The notes under the pieces: model-generated
Seen by the model: the letters and a program-made list of their open reading frames with translations, nothing else
What the model was told of the DNA's origin: nothing
The model's database searches: none
Position numbers and translations under genes: made by a program
In this document: positions 20,529 through 29,653 of the stretch, piece after piece
Position numbering within the stretch: the first letter of the stretch is position 1
Layout of the letters: every line of letters begins with the position of its first letter
From: a virus
Lineage: Duplodnaviria; Caudoviricetes
DNA: 56,844 nt
IMG/VR virus record: IMGVR_UViG_3300002307_001210
Span: 1 to 56,844 of that record
Direction: 5' to 3' (one strand)

Positions 20529-20680
20529 AAAGATTAGCAGGTATCACTGATCACCGGGGAATAAATACTGTATCGGAGCCCGGTAGTCGTGTCATGGCTC
20601 GGCCCGGTACTGAAGAATGGTTCAAGCGTCCAGTAAATGATATGCAGATGCCAACCGGGTTTAGGGGTCGTAAGCGATGA
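20510..20680 (+). CDS. Small hypothetical protein (56 aa)
   Basis: Manual translation MNIDELKRLAGITDH...PGTEEWF...GRKR, coupled to the next gene. Confidence 0.6.
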   Translation: MNIDELKRLAGITDHRGINTVSEPGSRVMARPGTEEWFKRPVNDMQMPTGFRGRKR

Positions 20681-22213
20681 GAGCGTTTGAATTTCTGACT
20701 GAAGGATCGGGCCCTCACTTTAGGCCAACTCCTGAACAACAACAAGAGATTGCTGACCTGTATGCATCCGGGTTTAGCGGGGATGATATCGCTAAGGAAT
20801 ATAAAGCGAGCAAAGGTACAATATCTAGGTTCATTAGGAATCTTCCTAATTTCAAAGAATTAAGACAACAATTTTATAAAGCCAGAGAAGAACAAGGATT
20901 ACAAACCGGCCCAAAAGGCATTACTCCTGATCAAGTTCAACAAATGGCTAATAATTTTGCACTTGGTAAAAATTTTAATCAATTGAACAAAGAGTTTGGT
21001 ATTTCCCCTGAAAACGTTCTGGGAAAATTAAAAAAGTTGCCTAATTTTGAAGAACTATTACAGCAAAACACCAAGGCTAGACAAGAGCAAGGATTGCTTA
21101 CACTAGACGATTTGGGGCGTAAAGACACAACTCCGGCGCAAATTGATCAGATGGCAAAAGAATATGCTAGTGGGAAATCTACTAGACAAATAGCTAAGAT
21201 GTTTAATCTAGCCCAGAGCGTTGCGATTATGCATTTAGCAAAAAGACCAGATTGGGAAGAACTCAAGTTTCAAAGTCTCACCAATCGTTCTAAAAAACTC
21301 GGTGGAACACAATCATTGACAAGTCGCGGTATCAATAAGCCAGGCAGTAAAGGCATTCATGCTATCAGAAGAACCGGAAGCCCTAGCGGAAGTGTGTTTG
21401 AAGATGAAATTATGAGATCATTTGAATTCATGACTGAAGTTTCTGCTGCTGATTTGGATCAGTGGAACCCAGAACGGTTTCAAACCCAACAAGAAGGTGA
21501 TCCTATCGGTATGGTATCTGATAAACAAGCGTTTAGTAGCAATCTACCAAGCTGCTTGGACATGCCAATCAAGTTACCCGGCACCTCAATAAAGAACCCA
21601 TATAAAAATAAAGGTGTGATTGAGTTCGTGCAGCGTTCACTACAACACAATCAAAAGGTCAATCCACGTTTTGATCAAAGTTATATCTATCTCACAGTTG
21701 ATCAACGCATGGTTGAAGGTAACAAAACTCATCGTAGGGGCGGCGCACACTTTGATGGTATGCAGGGTGAACGCTACAAAATCAAGCTGCCTATGGATCA
21801 AAATTACATCGTAAGCGATTACAATCCTACTCATCTGTATAGCCAACCCTTTGATGCTAGAGGATTAAGCACCAAGCATCATAATTGGTTTCATGAACTT
21901 GAAAAACAAGTAGACAAATCCCGCACTTTCGTTCCTGATCCATACGTGATCTATTTTGTATCAGGATATCATATGCACGAAAGTCCCGTCGCCCCTGAGA
22001 CAAGAATGCGAACATTCATGCGTATCAGCGTTGGATACAAGCCAGGTGGTCTACCAGGCGAAACACCTAATCCATTATTACCTACTCCCCGTTTAGATCG
22101 TGATCGTGAGATTCCTGGAAATCTAAAGAAAGATTTAAAAGTTGGAACAGCACCTGATCCAAATAAAATAATCGGGGTAAAAAGTCGTAAGCGATGAGAG
22201 CGTTTGAATTTCT
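20667..22213 (+). repeat. 30-bp exact direct repeats bounding one gene
   Basis: GTCGTAAGCGATGAGAGCGTTTGAATTTCT at 20667-20696 and 22184-22213. Confidence 0.9.
20677..22197 (+). CDS. Fusion of triple HTH-like repeat module and possible 2OG-Fe(II) oxygenase-like module
   Basis: Three repeats of Q..Q(M/I)A..(Y/F)A.G. Internal second leader MRSFEFMTE at 21412. HFD...H...R pattern in the C-terminal half. Confidence 0.45.
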   Translation: MRAFEFLTEGSGPHFRPTPEQQQEIADLYASGFSGDDIAKEYKASKGTISRFIRNLPNFKELRQQFYKAREEQGLQTGPKGITPDQVQQMANNFALGKNFNQLNKEFGISPENVLGKLKKLPNFEELLQQNTKARQEQGLLTLDDLGRKDTTPAQIDQMAKEYASGKSTRQIAKMFNLAQSVAIMHLAKRPDWEELKFQSLTNRSKKLGGTQSLTSRGINKPGSKGIHAIRRTGSPSGSVFEDEIMRSFEFMTEVSAADLDQWNPERFQTQQEGDPIGMVSDKQAFSSNLPSCLDMPIKLPGTSIKNPYKNKGVIEFVQRSLQHNQKVNPRFDQSYIYLTVDQRMVEGNKTHRRGGAHFDGMQGERYKIKLPMDQNYIVSDYNPTHLYSQPFDARGLSTKHHNWFHELEKQVDKSRTFVPDPYVIYFVSGYHMHESPVAPETRMRTFMRISVGYKPGGLPGETPNPLLPTPRLDRDREIPGNLKKDLKVGTAPDPNKIIGVKSRKR

Positions 22214-23864
22214 AACAGAAGAAGTAGGCAGGGTCATTGACCTCACAAAGAACTATCCACATTATTCCACCCTTAAAGGCAAGATACTTGACATATCTCC
22301 TAAGGGTAAGTATAAGATACAGATCATTGACGCTGATATAATTCCTGGCAAGAAAGTGTCAGTAAAGGTTGGCGACACAGTTGCTATCAATGCAAACTAT
22401 TTAAGACAAGCTAGACGCATTGATGAATCTACTACAGTCAGGCTAAAAGATTTAGCTACCGTTTCTACAGATTCCCCTGAAGCAGATTTCTGGATCATTC
22501 GCAAAGGTAGCGAGAAAACAGTAGGAACACCAGTAAAACAATATCAACCACAATATATAGGTGTAAAGGTCGTAAAAACTAACGTATTAGAACCAAACTA
22601 TCTTTATTACATGATTATGCACCTACATAATCAAGGATATTTTAAGTCTAGGGCCATCGGAATAACTAACCTAGTCAACATAAGAGTCGCGGATGTTGCT
22701 GATATTTCATTTGGATTACAAGAAGGCATTAACGAAGACTGGAAGAAAACTCTAGGTGGAATCGCTGCTGCTGGAGCATTGGCACTGCCAGGTAACATGA
22801 TGCATAAACCTGGAACTGATCAACTTCCTCCCGTAGCAGTAGAGAAGGCCGATCCTGCAGTGGTTAAGCAAGCAGCGGCATCATTGGAAACCACATACGG
22901 AAATGCTTTGAAAAGGGCTTCTAGTTCCATCAAGAACAAGGCAGAGCGAGCCCAGTTTATAGCACAATGTGCCCATGAGACACAAAATTTCTCAACCATG
23001 AAAGAATTCGGCGGAAACCTTGACTTCAGAAAATATGATATTAGATTTAATCCTAGAATGGCAAATGCACTAGGTAACGATAAACCAGGTGATGGCGCCC
23101 GTTATCACGGAAGAGGCTTCATTCAGTTGACTGGCAAAGATAATTATCAGAGAGTGGGCAGAGAGTTGGGTCTTCCGTTAGAGCAGAATCCGCAATTAGC
23201 AGAACGACCAGATGTCGCTGCAAAAGTGGCACTTTGGTATTGGCAGAATAGGGTAAAACCTAAGGTGAGTAATTTTAAGGATACAAAAGAGGTAACTGCT
23301 CCTATCAATAGTTCTTTGCATGGACTAGATGATAGACACCAGAAGTATCTTGCCTACAGTGAATTACTAGGTGGCGAACCTAGCCCTGGTCAAGGTCTCA
23401 AAGAACATGAGATGGACAATGCTGCAGGATGGGGCGCCACACCTAACAATCGTAATGTTGATTATATGGGATTGCGTGTAATGATGCAGCCTTCAATTTT
23501 TCTAAAATTAGCAGCAGAGTTGAAAGAACCAACGAGTGCGAAAGGTATCATGTCGCACCTAGAACAGGGCGGACATATCGCTTCTCCTTTTCTTATGATA
23601 AACATACCTGATGAATGGGATGACGGAGATTTCTCTACACCAGCTAGGGTCACTGGACATGAAGGCAGAAATCGCATGAAAGCACTACAAGAACTTGAAG
23701 GTACCCAGCATCAAGAAGTTCATATTTTTCCGAGAGGTCTCCGTAATAGACATATGACTCCGGAGTTCTTGAAGAATCTAAACAAGTGGCTCATTCCGGA
23801 ACGGCAGGAGCAGCCTATCTCAGGCCCCTTCTGGAGTGATGTTTTAAACACCAAGACTAAATAG
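22194..23864 (+). CDS. Mosaic protein containing a GH19 (chitinase/endolysin) domain
   Basis: FIAQCAHET and YHGRGFIQLTGKDNY GH19 motifs. Flanked by an HsdS-like segment and a ParB-like GHEGRNR segment (both weak). Confidence 0.7.
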   Translation: MRAFEFLTEEVGRVIDLTKNYPHYSTLKGKILDISPKGKYKIQIIDADIIPGKKVSVKVGDTVAINANYLRQARRIDESTTVRLKDLATVSTDSPEADFWIIRKGSEKTVGTPVKQYQPQYIGVKVVKTNVLEPNYLYYMIMHLHNQGYFKSRAIGITNLVNIRVADVADISFGLQEGINEDWKKTLGGIAAAGALALPGNMMHKPGTDQLPPVAVEKADPAVVKQAAASLETTYGNALKRASSSIKNKAERAQFIAQCAHETQNFSTMKEFGGNLDFRKYDIRFNPRMANALGNDKPGDGARYHGRGFIQLTGKDNYQRVGRELGLPLEQNPQLAERPDVAAKVALWYWQNRVKPKVSNFKDTKEVTAPINSSLHGLDDRHQKYLAYSELLGGEPSPGQGLKEHEMDNAAGWGATPNNRNVDYMGLRVMMQPSIFLKLAAELKEPTSAKGIMSHLEQGGHIASPFLMINIPDEWDDGDFSTPARVTGHEGRNRMKALQELEGTQHQEVHIFPRGLRNRHMTPEFLKNLNKWLIPERQEQPISGPFWSDVLNTKTK

Positions 23865-23890
23865 TAGCATAAAATTAGGGGAACTCGTTC

Positions 23891-26548
23891 ATGTATTTCA
23901 ACTTATTGAAGAATAAAATCGTTTGGTTGGCGATAGGTATGCTATTTTTGGCTACCCCTGCTTCTGCTCAGAGAATAACCGAGAGCCTGGCAAATGGTTG
24001 GAAATTCCAACAGAATTCTGCGATGACTGGACCAGAGCAACCCAGTTACAATGATTCATCTTGGTCTACAGTCAGCGTCCCCCATACATGGAATAGGGTC
24101 GGCTATTATCTTAACCAGACTGTTCCCCATCAGAATACTGCTGCTAACGAGAATTTATATCAAGGAAACGCTTGGTACAGAATTTCATTTTCTCCTCCCC
24201 CTATGATGAACAAGAGGGTATTCCTTCAGTTTGATGCAGCTAGCCGTGTCGCAGAAGTCTGGTTAAACGGAGTTCGTTTAGGACAACATAAAGGTGGATT
24301 CTCAAGATTTAGATTTGACGCGACTACCGCTATGAAATCAAATGCTGTAAATGTATTAGCAGTAAGAGTGAACAACGCTATGCCCGTAACAGGCAATGAG
24401 ACGGCAGACATTCTTCCGCTTAACAAAGTAGATTTCTTCGTCTACGGTGGATTGTATCGTCCGGTATCTTTAGTTGTTACTCCTACAATTCACTTTGATC
24501 TTCTTGATTTTGGTGGTAATGGCATGTATGCTTCTGCTACTAATGTAACATCTAGTTCCGCTACACTTACTGTTCTATCTAAGTTTAAAAATGATAGTAA
24601 CACTTCTCTGTCCGGCGCATCAGTAATTTATAAGTTACTTGATGCTAACGGTAATACTGTCACTTCCTGGAGCACCCCGATCAATGTTCCTATTGGTAGC
24701 AAGGTGCAAGTGTCAAGCACAGTAAACATCGCTTCACCTCATCTATGGAACGGTGTCGCTGATCCTTATCTATATCGTATTGTTGGACAGCTTTATTCAT
24801 CTCAGTACGGTGTTATTGATCAGATGGATCAATCATTTGGCTTCCGTGATATAAGAATTGATCCTAATCAAGGACTATTTCTTAATGGCAGACATATCGC
24901 ATTGCGTGGAGTGTCTAGGCACCAGGATCGCGAAACAAAGGGATGGGCCGTGTCTTCGGCTGATGAAGATCAGGACATCTCAATCATTAAAGAGATGGGT
25001 GCTAATACACTTCGCCTGGCTCACTACGAGCAAAGCGAATACATGAATAGTCTAGCTGATAAGAATGGTCTTATAATCTGGGATGAGATTCCCCTAGTTT
25101 CTACTTTCACCCTAACTGCCGGACAAACAGCAGCATCTCTTGGATTAGTAGAGAATGCCCGTCAACAACTGACTGAGATGATCATTCAGGACTACAATCA
25201 TCCAGCAGTAGCTGTCTGGAGTATCGCTAATGAGTTAGACTTGTATGGAGCTCCGCCAAATCCTATTCCGTTTCTGAATGAGTTAAATAATCTTTCTCAC
25301 TCGCTAGATGCTCTCAAGCCGACTACACTTGCTAATTGCTGTCAGGGAGGTCCTAATCTATCAGGAAACAATACTCCTAATTTATCAGGTATAACCAATG
25401 TCATTGGCGAGAATCGTTATCCAGGATGGTATTACGGTAAAGCAACTGATATGGGTTCTATGTTAGATACTTTGCATAACACTAGCGGCTCACAGCCTAT
25501 ATCACTCAGCGAGTATGGAGCAGGTGCTGCGATCTCTATTCAGACAGATAACCCATTAGGAGGTCCCTGGAGTTCTTCAGGATATACTCAACCAGAAGGG
25601 TATCAATCATATCTCCATCAAACCATTCTACCTATGCTAAACACAAGACCTTATCTCTGGGCAACTTGGGTATGGAATATGTTTGATTTTTCAACAACTA
25701 TACGTAAAGAAGGGGACTCGGTGAACATAAACACTAAAGGTCTTGTCACATATGATCGCACTACGAGGAAAGATGCTTTCTATTTCTACAAGGCTAATTG
25801 GTCGAGTACTCCTACTGTGCATATTGCTAATGGTAGGTATAATAATAGAAACTATCAAGTTACTGATATACAAGTATATTCTAATGTCCCCTCAGTAGAA
25901 CTATCTCTCAACGGAACATCTTTAGGATCAAGGTCAAGCTGTGCTAATGCTACCTGTGTATGGAATAATGTTAAGCTGGCCTCAGGGAATAACTCGCTGA
26001 GTGCTACATCAGCAAGTGCTTCTGATAATGTAAGTTGGTATCTTGATCCAATCAGAACTACTCAGATATGGATCGGCGCTGGCAACCTAATAGGCCAGAC
26101 TACATCTAAAGGTCAATACGGATCAGATAATTATTTCACAGGTGGCACTGGCTCTGGTTCATATCGTTATGGCAGCAATTTCAGCTACAATATTCCAGCA
26201 AACAATGGAACTTATAATGTTACGTTGACTTTCCTAGAACCTGATGCAAATGCTGCATCAACCCGCGTGTTTAATGTAACAGCTAATGGTCAGGTCGTAG
26301 TGAGCGATTTCAATGTGGCTACAGCAGCAGGCGGAATTAACAAACAGGTCAGCCAGACTTTTCCGGTAACTATTTCTAACGGAAATTTAAATTTGGTCTT
26401 TACATCGGTAACAGGAGATGCTATAGTATCTTATATTGAAGTCACATCTGCATCCCCTCCTATCTCAACTAACTCGTTACTGCTTGTAGGAACAGGGGCA
26501 GCGGCGCTCGCTGGTGCTGGATTACTACTAGGTCGCAATAAAAGATAA
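23891..26548 (+). CDS. Secreted GH2 glycoside hydrolase (beta-galactosidase-like) with malectin-like domain and C-terminal membrane anchor
   Basis: Signal peptide (ASA|Q), YGGLYRPV, GVSRHQD, RLAHY, WSIANE (acid/base), SEYGA (nucleophile), KGLVTYDR. Hydrophobic tail ending in basic residues. Confidence 0.85.
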   Translation: MYFNLLKNKIVWLAIGMLFLATPASAQRITESLANGWKFQQNSAMTGPEQPSYNDSSWSTVSVPHTWNRVGYYLNQTVPHQNTAANENLYQGNAWYRISFSPPPMMNKRVFLQFDAASRVAEVWLNGVRLGQHKGGFSRFRFDATTAMKSNAVNVLAVRVNNAMPVTGNETADILPLNKVDFFVYGGLYRPVSLVVTPTIHFDLLDFGGNGMYASATNVTSSSATLTVLSKFKNDSNTSLSGASVIYKLLDANGNTVTSWSTPINVPIGSKVQVSSTVNIASPHLWNGVADPYLYRIVGQLYSSQYGVIDQMDQSFGFRDIRIDPNQGLFLNGRHIALRGVSRHQDRETKGWAVSSADEDQDISIIKEMGANTLRLAHYEQSEYMNSLADKNGLIIWDEIPLVSTFTLTAGQTAASLGLVENARQQLTEMIIQDYNHPAVAVWSIANELDLYGAPPNPIPFLNELNNLSHSLDALKPTTLANCCQGGPNLSGNNTPNLSGITNVIGENRYPGWYYGKATDMGSMLDTLHNTSGSQPISLSEYGAGAAISIQTDNPLGGPWSSSGYTQPEGYQSYLHQTILPMLNTRPYLWATWVWNMFDFSTTIRKEGDSVNINTKGLVTYDRTTRKDAFYFYKANWSSTPTVHIANGRYNNRNYQVTDIQVYSNVPSVELSLNGTSLGSRSSCANATCVWNNVKLASGNNSLSATSASASDNVSWYLDPIRTTQIWIGAGNLIGQTTSKGQYGSDNYFTGGTGSGSYRYGSNFSYNIPANNGTYNVTLTFLEPDANAASTRVFNVTANGQVVVSDFNVATAAGGINKQVSQTFPVTISNGNLNLVFTSVTGDAIVSYIEVTSASPPISTNSLLLVGTGAAALAGAGLLLGRNKR

Positions 26549-26572
26549 ATATCTAACACAAAGGATTATTCT

Positions 26573-26947
26573 ATGAAAATCAGAGACCTACTGAGCGAAA
26601 GCCAAATTGACGACCTTGACCACGACGACGAACCAGAAGTTGAACCTGATCAGGAGACGATCAAACCGCTCATGGTGCAACTGCGTTCAGTATATAACCT
26701 TGTCAAAAAGTATCGTGATTTCCAGAAAAATCCTGAAGTTAAAGAGATCCTAGCAACTCATCCTATCATCTTTAGGAATTCAGAAGCAGTAGTCATTCCC
26801 ATCGGAGAGATGGCTGACATGTTGAATATCTATCCCATGCTCATCCCTCACATGCGTGAGAAGATGCAAGCACAAGCATGGGAGAACCCAGAAGCATTCC
26901 ACAAAACGGTTGCTCAACTTAAAGCAGCGGTGGCTAATCGTCGGTAA
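26573..26947 (+). CDS. Hypothetical protein
   Basis: MKIRDLLSES leader, ATAAATA upstream. Confidence 0.55.
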   Translation: MKIRDLLSESQIDDLDHDDEPEVEPDQETIKPLMVQLRSVYNLVKKYRDFQKNPEVKEILATHPIIFRNSEAVVIPIGEMADMLNIYPMLIPHMREKMQAQAWENPEAFHKTVAQLKAAVANRR

Positions 26948-27067
26948 AAGAATCATTTTACCCATATTATTTGACGTATACACCAAATCATGATAAATAT
27001 AGTTTGTACTAGTAAAAGGATTTGCATTTAGTGTGAATCCTTTTGTAGTCTTTAAAAAGGAAAATAT

Positions 27068-27634
27068 ATGAATAAGTTACTTACGATTGCAGCATTCGCG
27101 TTAGTTGCACTTACTACCCCAGCAGCAGCTGGTACTTTAACCGGAGAATATCGTTCTGCCTCAAAGCCAGATGTCGCTGGAGCTAACTTTGCTGTCTCTG
27201 GTTTTAATGTAGGTCCAGTAGCGATTGGTGCAGAAGTTCAAACTGCACAGGCACCGCACCGCGGAGCAGTGTCTGCTCTATATTCTGTTAACGCTACCAA
27301 GACGCTCACTTCAATCAGCGGTTTTGTCCCTCAAGTAGGAGTTGAATTCGGTAAGAATGCTTCTACCGGTAAGAACTTCAATTTCTGGGGCGTAGATGCC
27401 GGTGTGTCACACGCTGTAGCAGGTCCAGTATCTGCATCAGTTGGTTATCGCCATCGCGAAGGATTCACTGACCGTAAGATGCAAGAAAAGCGTCTTGTTG
27501 TAGGTCTATCCTACGCAGTAACTGATGCTACTTCGGTCGGCGTCAACTACTATCGTTATAACGAAAAGTTTGTTCCTAAGAAGACCAGTGGATCTTCTGA
27601 CGTATTTGGATTGGCTGTATCACACAGCTTCTAA
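27068..27634 (+). CDS. Outer-membrane beta-barrel protein
   Basis: Signal peptide, alternating amphipathic strands, C-terminal Phe (AVSHSF, BAM signal). Confidence 0.7.
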   Translation: MNKLLTIAAFALVALTTPAAAGTLTGEYRSASKPDVAGANFAVSGFNVGPVAIGAEVQTAQAPHRGAVSALYSVNATKTLTSISGFVPQVGVEFGKNASTGKNFNFWGVDAGVSHAVAGPVSASVGYRHREGFTDRKMQEKRLVVGLSYAVTDATSVGVNYYRYNEKFVPKKTSGSSDVFGLAVSHSF

Positions 27635-27654
27635 TAAAACTTATTTAGTTTATA

Positions 27655-27694
27655 ATAAGCGGCGGAGATTGATTTCTTCGTCGCTTATTTTTTT
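27655..27694 (+). terminator. Rho-independent terminator
   Basis: ATAAGCGGCGGAGA...TCTTCGTCGCTTAT hairpin followed by a T-run. Confidence 0.75.
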
Positions 27695-27727
27695 GGATGT
27701 GTGGTAAAAACTGTAAATAGTGTGCAA

Positions 27728-28276
27728 ATGAAAATTGGATTAAGTCAAAGAATCGTAAGTAAAAACGGCAGAACCTATGATGCAACAGATCATGGTTGGT
27801 ATACGCTATTAGCTGGACATAATCTATTTTTTCTACCCAACACAACCAATCAAGATTTTGACCTGATCGCAGACAACATTGATTCTCTTATCATTACTGG
27901 TGGAGATAGCACTGAAATCAGAGAAGACGTTGAACTTGCCCTAATAGCTAAAATGATAGAACGAAAAAAACCAGTAGTAGGAATCTGCCAAGGTGCACTA
28001 TACATTGCTGAGAGTCTAGGAAGCAGCATTCAACCTATTCCCAAACATACAGGCGTAGATCATTACATAATGTATCACGGAGAAGCTATAAAAGTTACCA
28101 GCGATCATGAGTTAGGAATAACAAAAATACATGATTCCGGAAAGATATTATGTCTAGCAGATACCGGAGAGATAGAAGCATTCATAGATAGCAATCTTGC
28201 AGGAGTGATGTGGAATCCTGAACGAATGGAAAAGCCTTGGATTCCTCCTGAGATCGCTTATATACTACGGATTTGA
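27728..28276 (+). CDS. Class I glutamine amidotransferase / peptidase C26-like protein
   Basis: LIITGG, GICQG nucleophile elbow, GVMWNPE. Start at MKIGLS. Confidence 0.7.
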   Translation: MKIGLSQRIVSKNGRTYDATDHGWYTLLAGHNLFFLPNTTNQDFDLIADNIDSLIITGGDSTEIREDVELALIAKMIERKKPVVGICQGALYIAESLGSSIQPIPKHTGVDHYIMYHGEAIKVTSDHELGITKIHDSGKILCLADTGEIEAFIDSNLAGVMWNPERMEKPWIPPEIAYILRI

Positions 28277-28287
28277 TAAATATATTC

Positions 28288-28674
28288 ATGTTAATAGAAG
28301 ATATCACCCGTGAACGTGATTTAGACCTGGATGCTGAGGTGAAGAAATTTGCCGAGTGGGCTGGAAAGCGATTGAACATACAATCATTACCAGAGATTGA
28401 ACTGAGTCAAGATACCGAAGATGCTCAAGATAATCACCATACTGGTTCTCATGTTGAAGGCTCTGGTAACATCTGGGTCTATGCAAAAAATCGTAATCTC
28501 GTAGACATGCTAAGGACCGTATTCCATGAGTTGGTCCATGTAAGACAAGGGGAGATCGGAATGATCAAACCAGGTGATAGTTATCCAGGTAGTCCTATTG
28601 AGGCTATGGCAGACATGCTTGCTGGTAAGTACCTTAAGATATATGGAGAGCAAAACCATCATATCTTCCAATAG
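28288..28674 (+). CDS. Putative zinc metallopeptidase-like protein
   Basis: [11 protein letters not shown] (HExxH) plus a downstream E..A. Confidence 0.55.
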   Translation: MLIEDITRERDLDLDAEVKKFAEWAGKRLNIQSLPEIELSQDTEDAQDNHHTGSHVEGSGNIWVYAKNRNLVDMLRTVFHELVHVRQGEIGMIKPGDSYPGSPIEAMADMLAGKYLKIYGEQNHHIFQ

Positions 28675-29260
28675 TCCACCCTCCGCACGATTTCTTTCTT
28701 CCAGCTACCATATTACTTAGGTTGCCTTGCGGTAGACTATACTTTATTCTCAGTTGATATTTGGTGCAAGTTTCGGTTTTACCATTCATATGAACAAAAG
28801 TGTGAATGGTTTGATCACTACGATATTCTCTCTGTTCATGTATACCTTTATTCCAAGGAATATGACCTGCTCTGAATACGTTTTTCATATTTGCTATATG
28901 AGTTTCTGATTTAGGCTTACCCTTAGCAGCTTTGCTTTGATTAGATTTCCACTCATCAGTCCTAATGACACCATCAAGTCCCTCACCACCATCTGTCTTG
29001 TTATGAAGTATGCCGGTTCCTAAATCCTTTCTCCCATACCATCGTATCATTCTACGTTCAATAGCAAATGCTCCGATTGAAGTTAGGTTGGTTTCTAAGA
29101 TTATTATTCTGTCACTAGGTGGAGTAGAAATCCCTTTATAATAGTTATTCTTTGGGGATTTATAACGATGTTTGTCTGTGGCCCGTGATCCAGTACCCTT
29201 ACCGATATAATAAGGGGTCCCATCTTTTCTCAGGTAGGCATACACATAATAAATAGACAT
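28634..29260 (-). CDS. GIY-YIG-like homing endonuclease
   Basis: [44 protein letters not shown]-like tail. Start at ATG 29260 after AAGGAG. Confidence 0.75.
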   Translation of the reverse strand: MSIYYVYAYLRKDGTPYYIGKGTGSRATDKHRYKSPKNNYYKGISTPPSDRIIILETNLTSIGAFAIERRMIRWYGRKDLGTGILHNKTDGGEGLDGVIRTDEWKSNQSKAAKGKPKSETHIANMKNVFRAGHIPWNKGIHEQREYRSDQTIHTFVHMNGKTETCTKYQLRIKYSLPQGNLSNMVAGRKKSCGGWTIGRYDGFALHIS

Positions 29261-29261
29261 G

Positions 29262-29327
29262 CTGATTGCTCCTTTAAGCATTAGAGTAGTTGGGTGTTAG
29301 CGCACCGTGAACTACATCTTTATTTAG
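29262..29327. ncRNA. Conserved two-hairpin element, copy 2
   Basis: CTGATTGCT/AGCATTAG stem, GTAGTT-G-GGTG..CACC-GTG-AACTAC stem, then TATTTA. Confidence 0.65.
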
Positions 29328-29392
29328 CCCAAAGCTATTGCTTTTGCAACAAATCCCAAGTATATTAAGTATTGTCAGATAAAGGAGAATAC

Positions 29393-29653
29393 ATGTCTAC
29401 TAGAACTTTTAACAACGAAGCCAAGACCAAACTTACACAACTGGTAAATGAGGGTATGGCTGTAATGCAAGAGATTGAAACCCTCAATGAAGGTCTCAGC
29501 GACACTGTTAAGGCTATCGCAGAAGAACTTGAAATTAAACCGAGTGTTCTAAAGAAGGCGATCCGTATTGCCCACAAGTCTCGTCTTGCTGAAACTAATC
29601 AAGAAAATGAAGACTTGAATGAAATTCTGGAGACCGTCGGTAAAACTTACTGA
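29393..29653 (+). CDS. Small helical protein, possibly DsbA-like dsDNA-binding protein
   Basis: Coiled-coil followed by KPSVLKKAIRIAHK; directly upstream of the DNA polymerase; strong RBS. Confidence 0.45.
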   Translation: MSTRTFNNEAKTKLTQLVNEGMAVMQEIETLNEGLSDTVKAIAEELEIKPSVLKKAIRIAHKSRLAETNQENEDLNEILETVGKTY

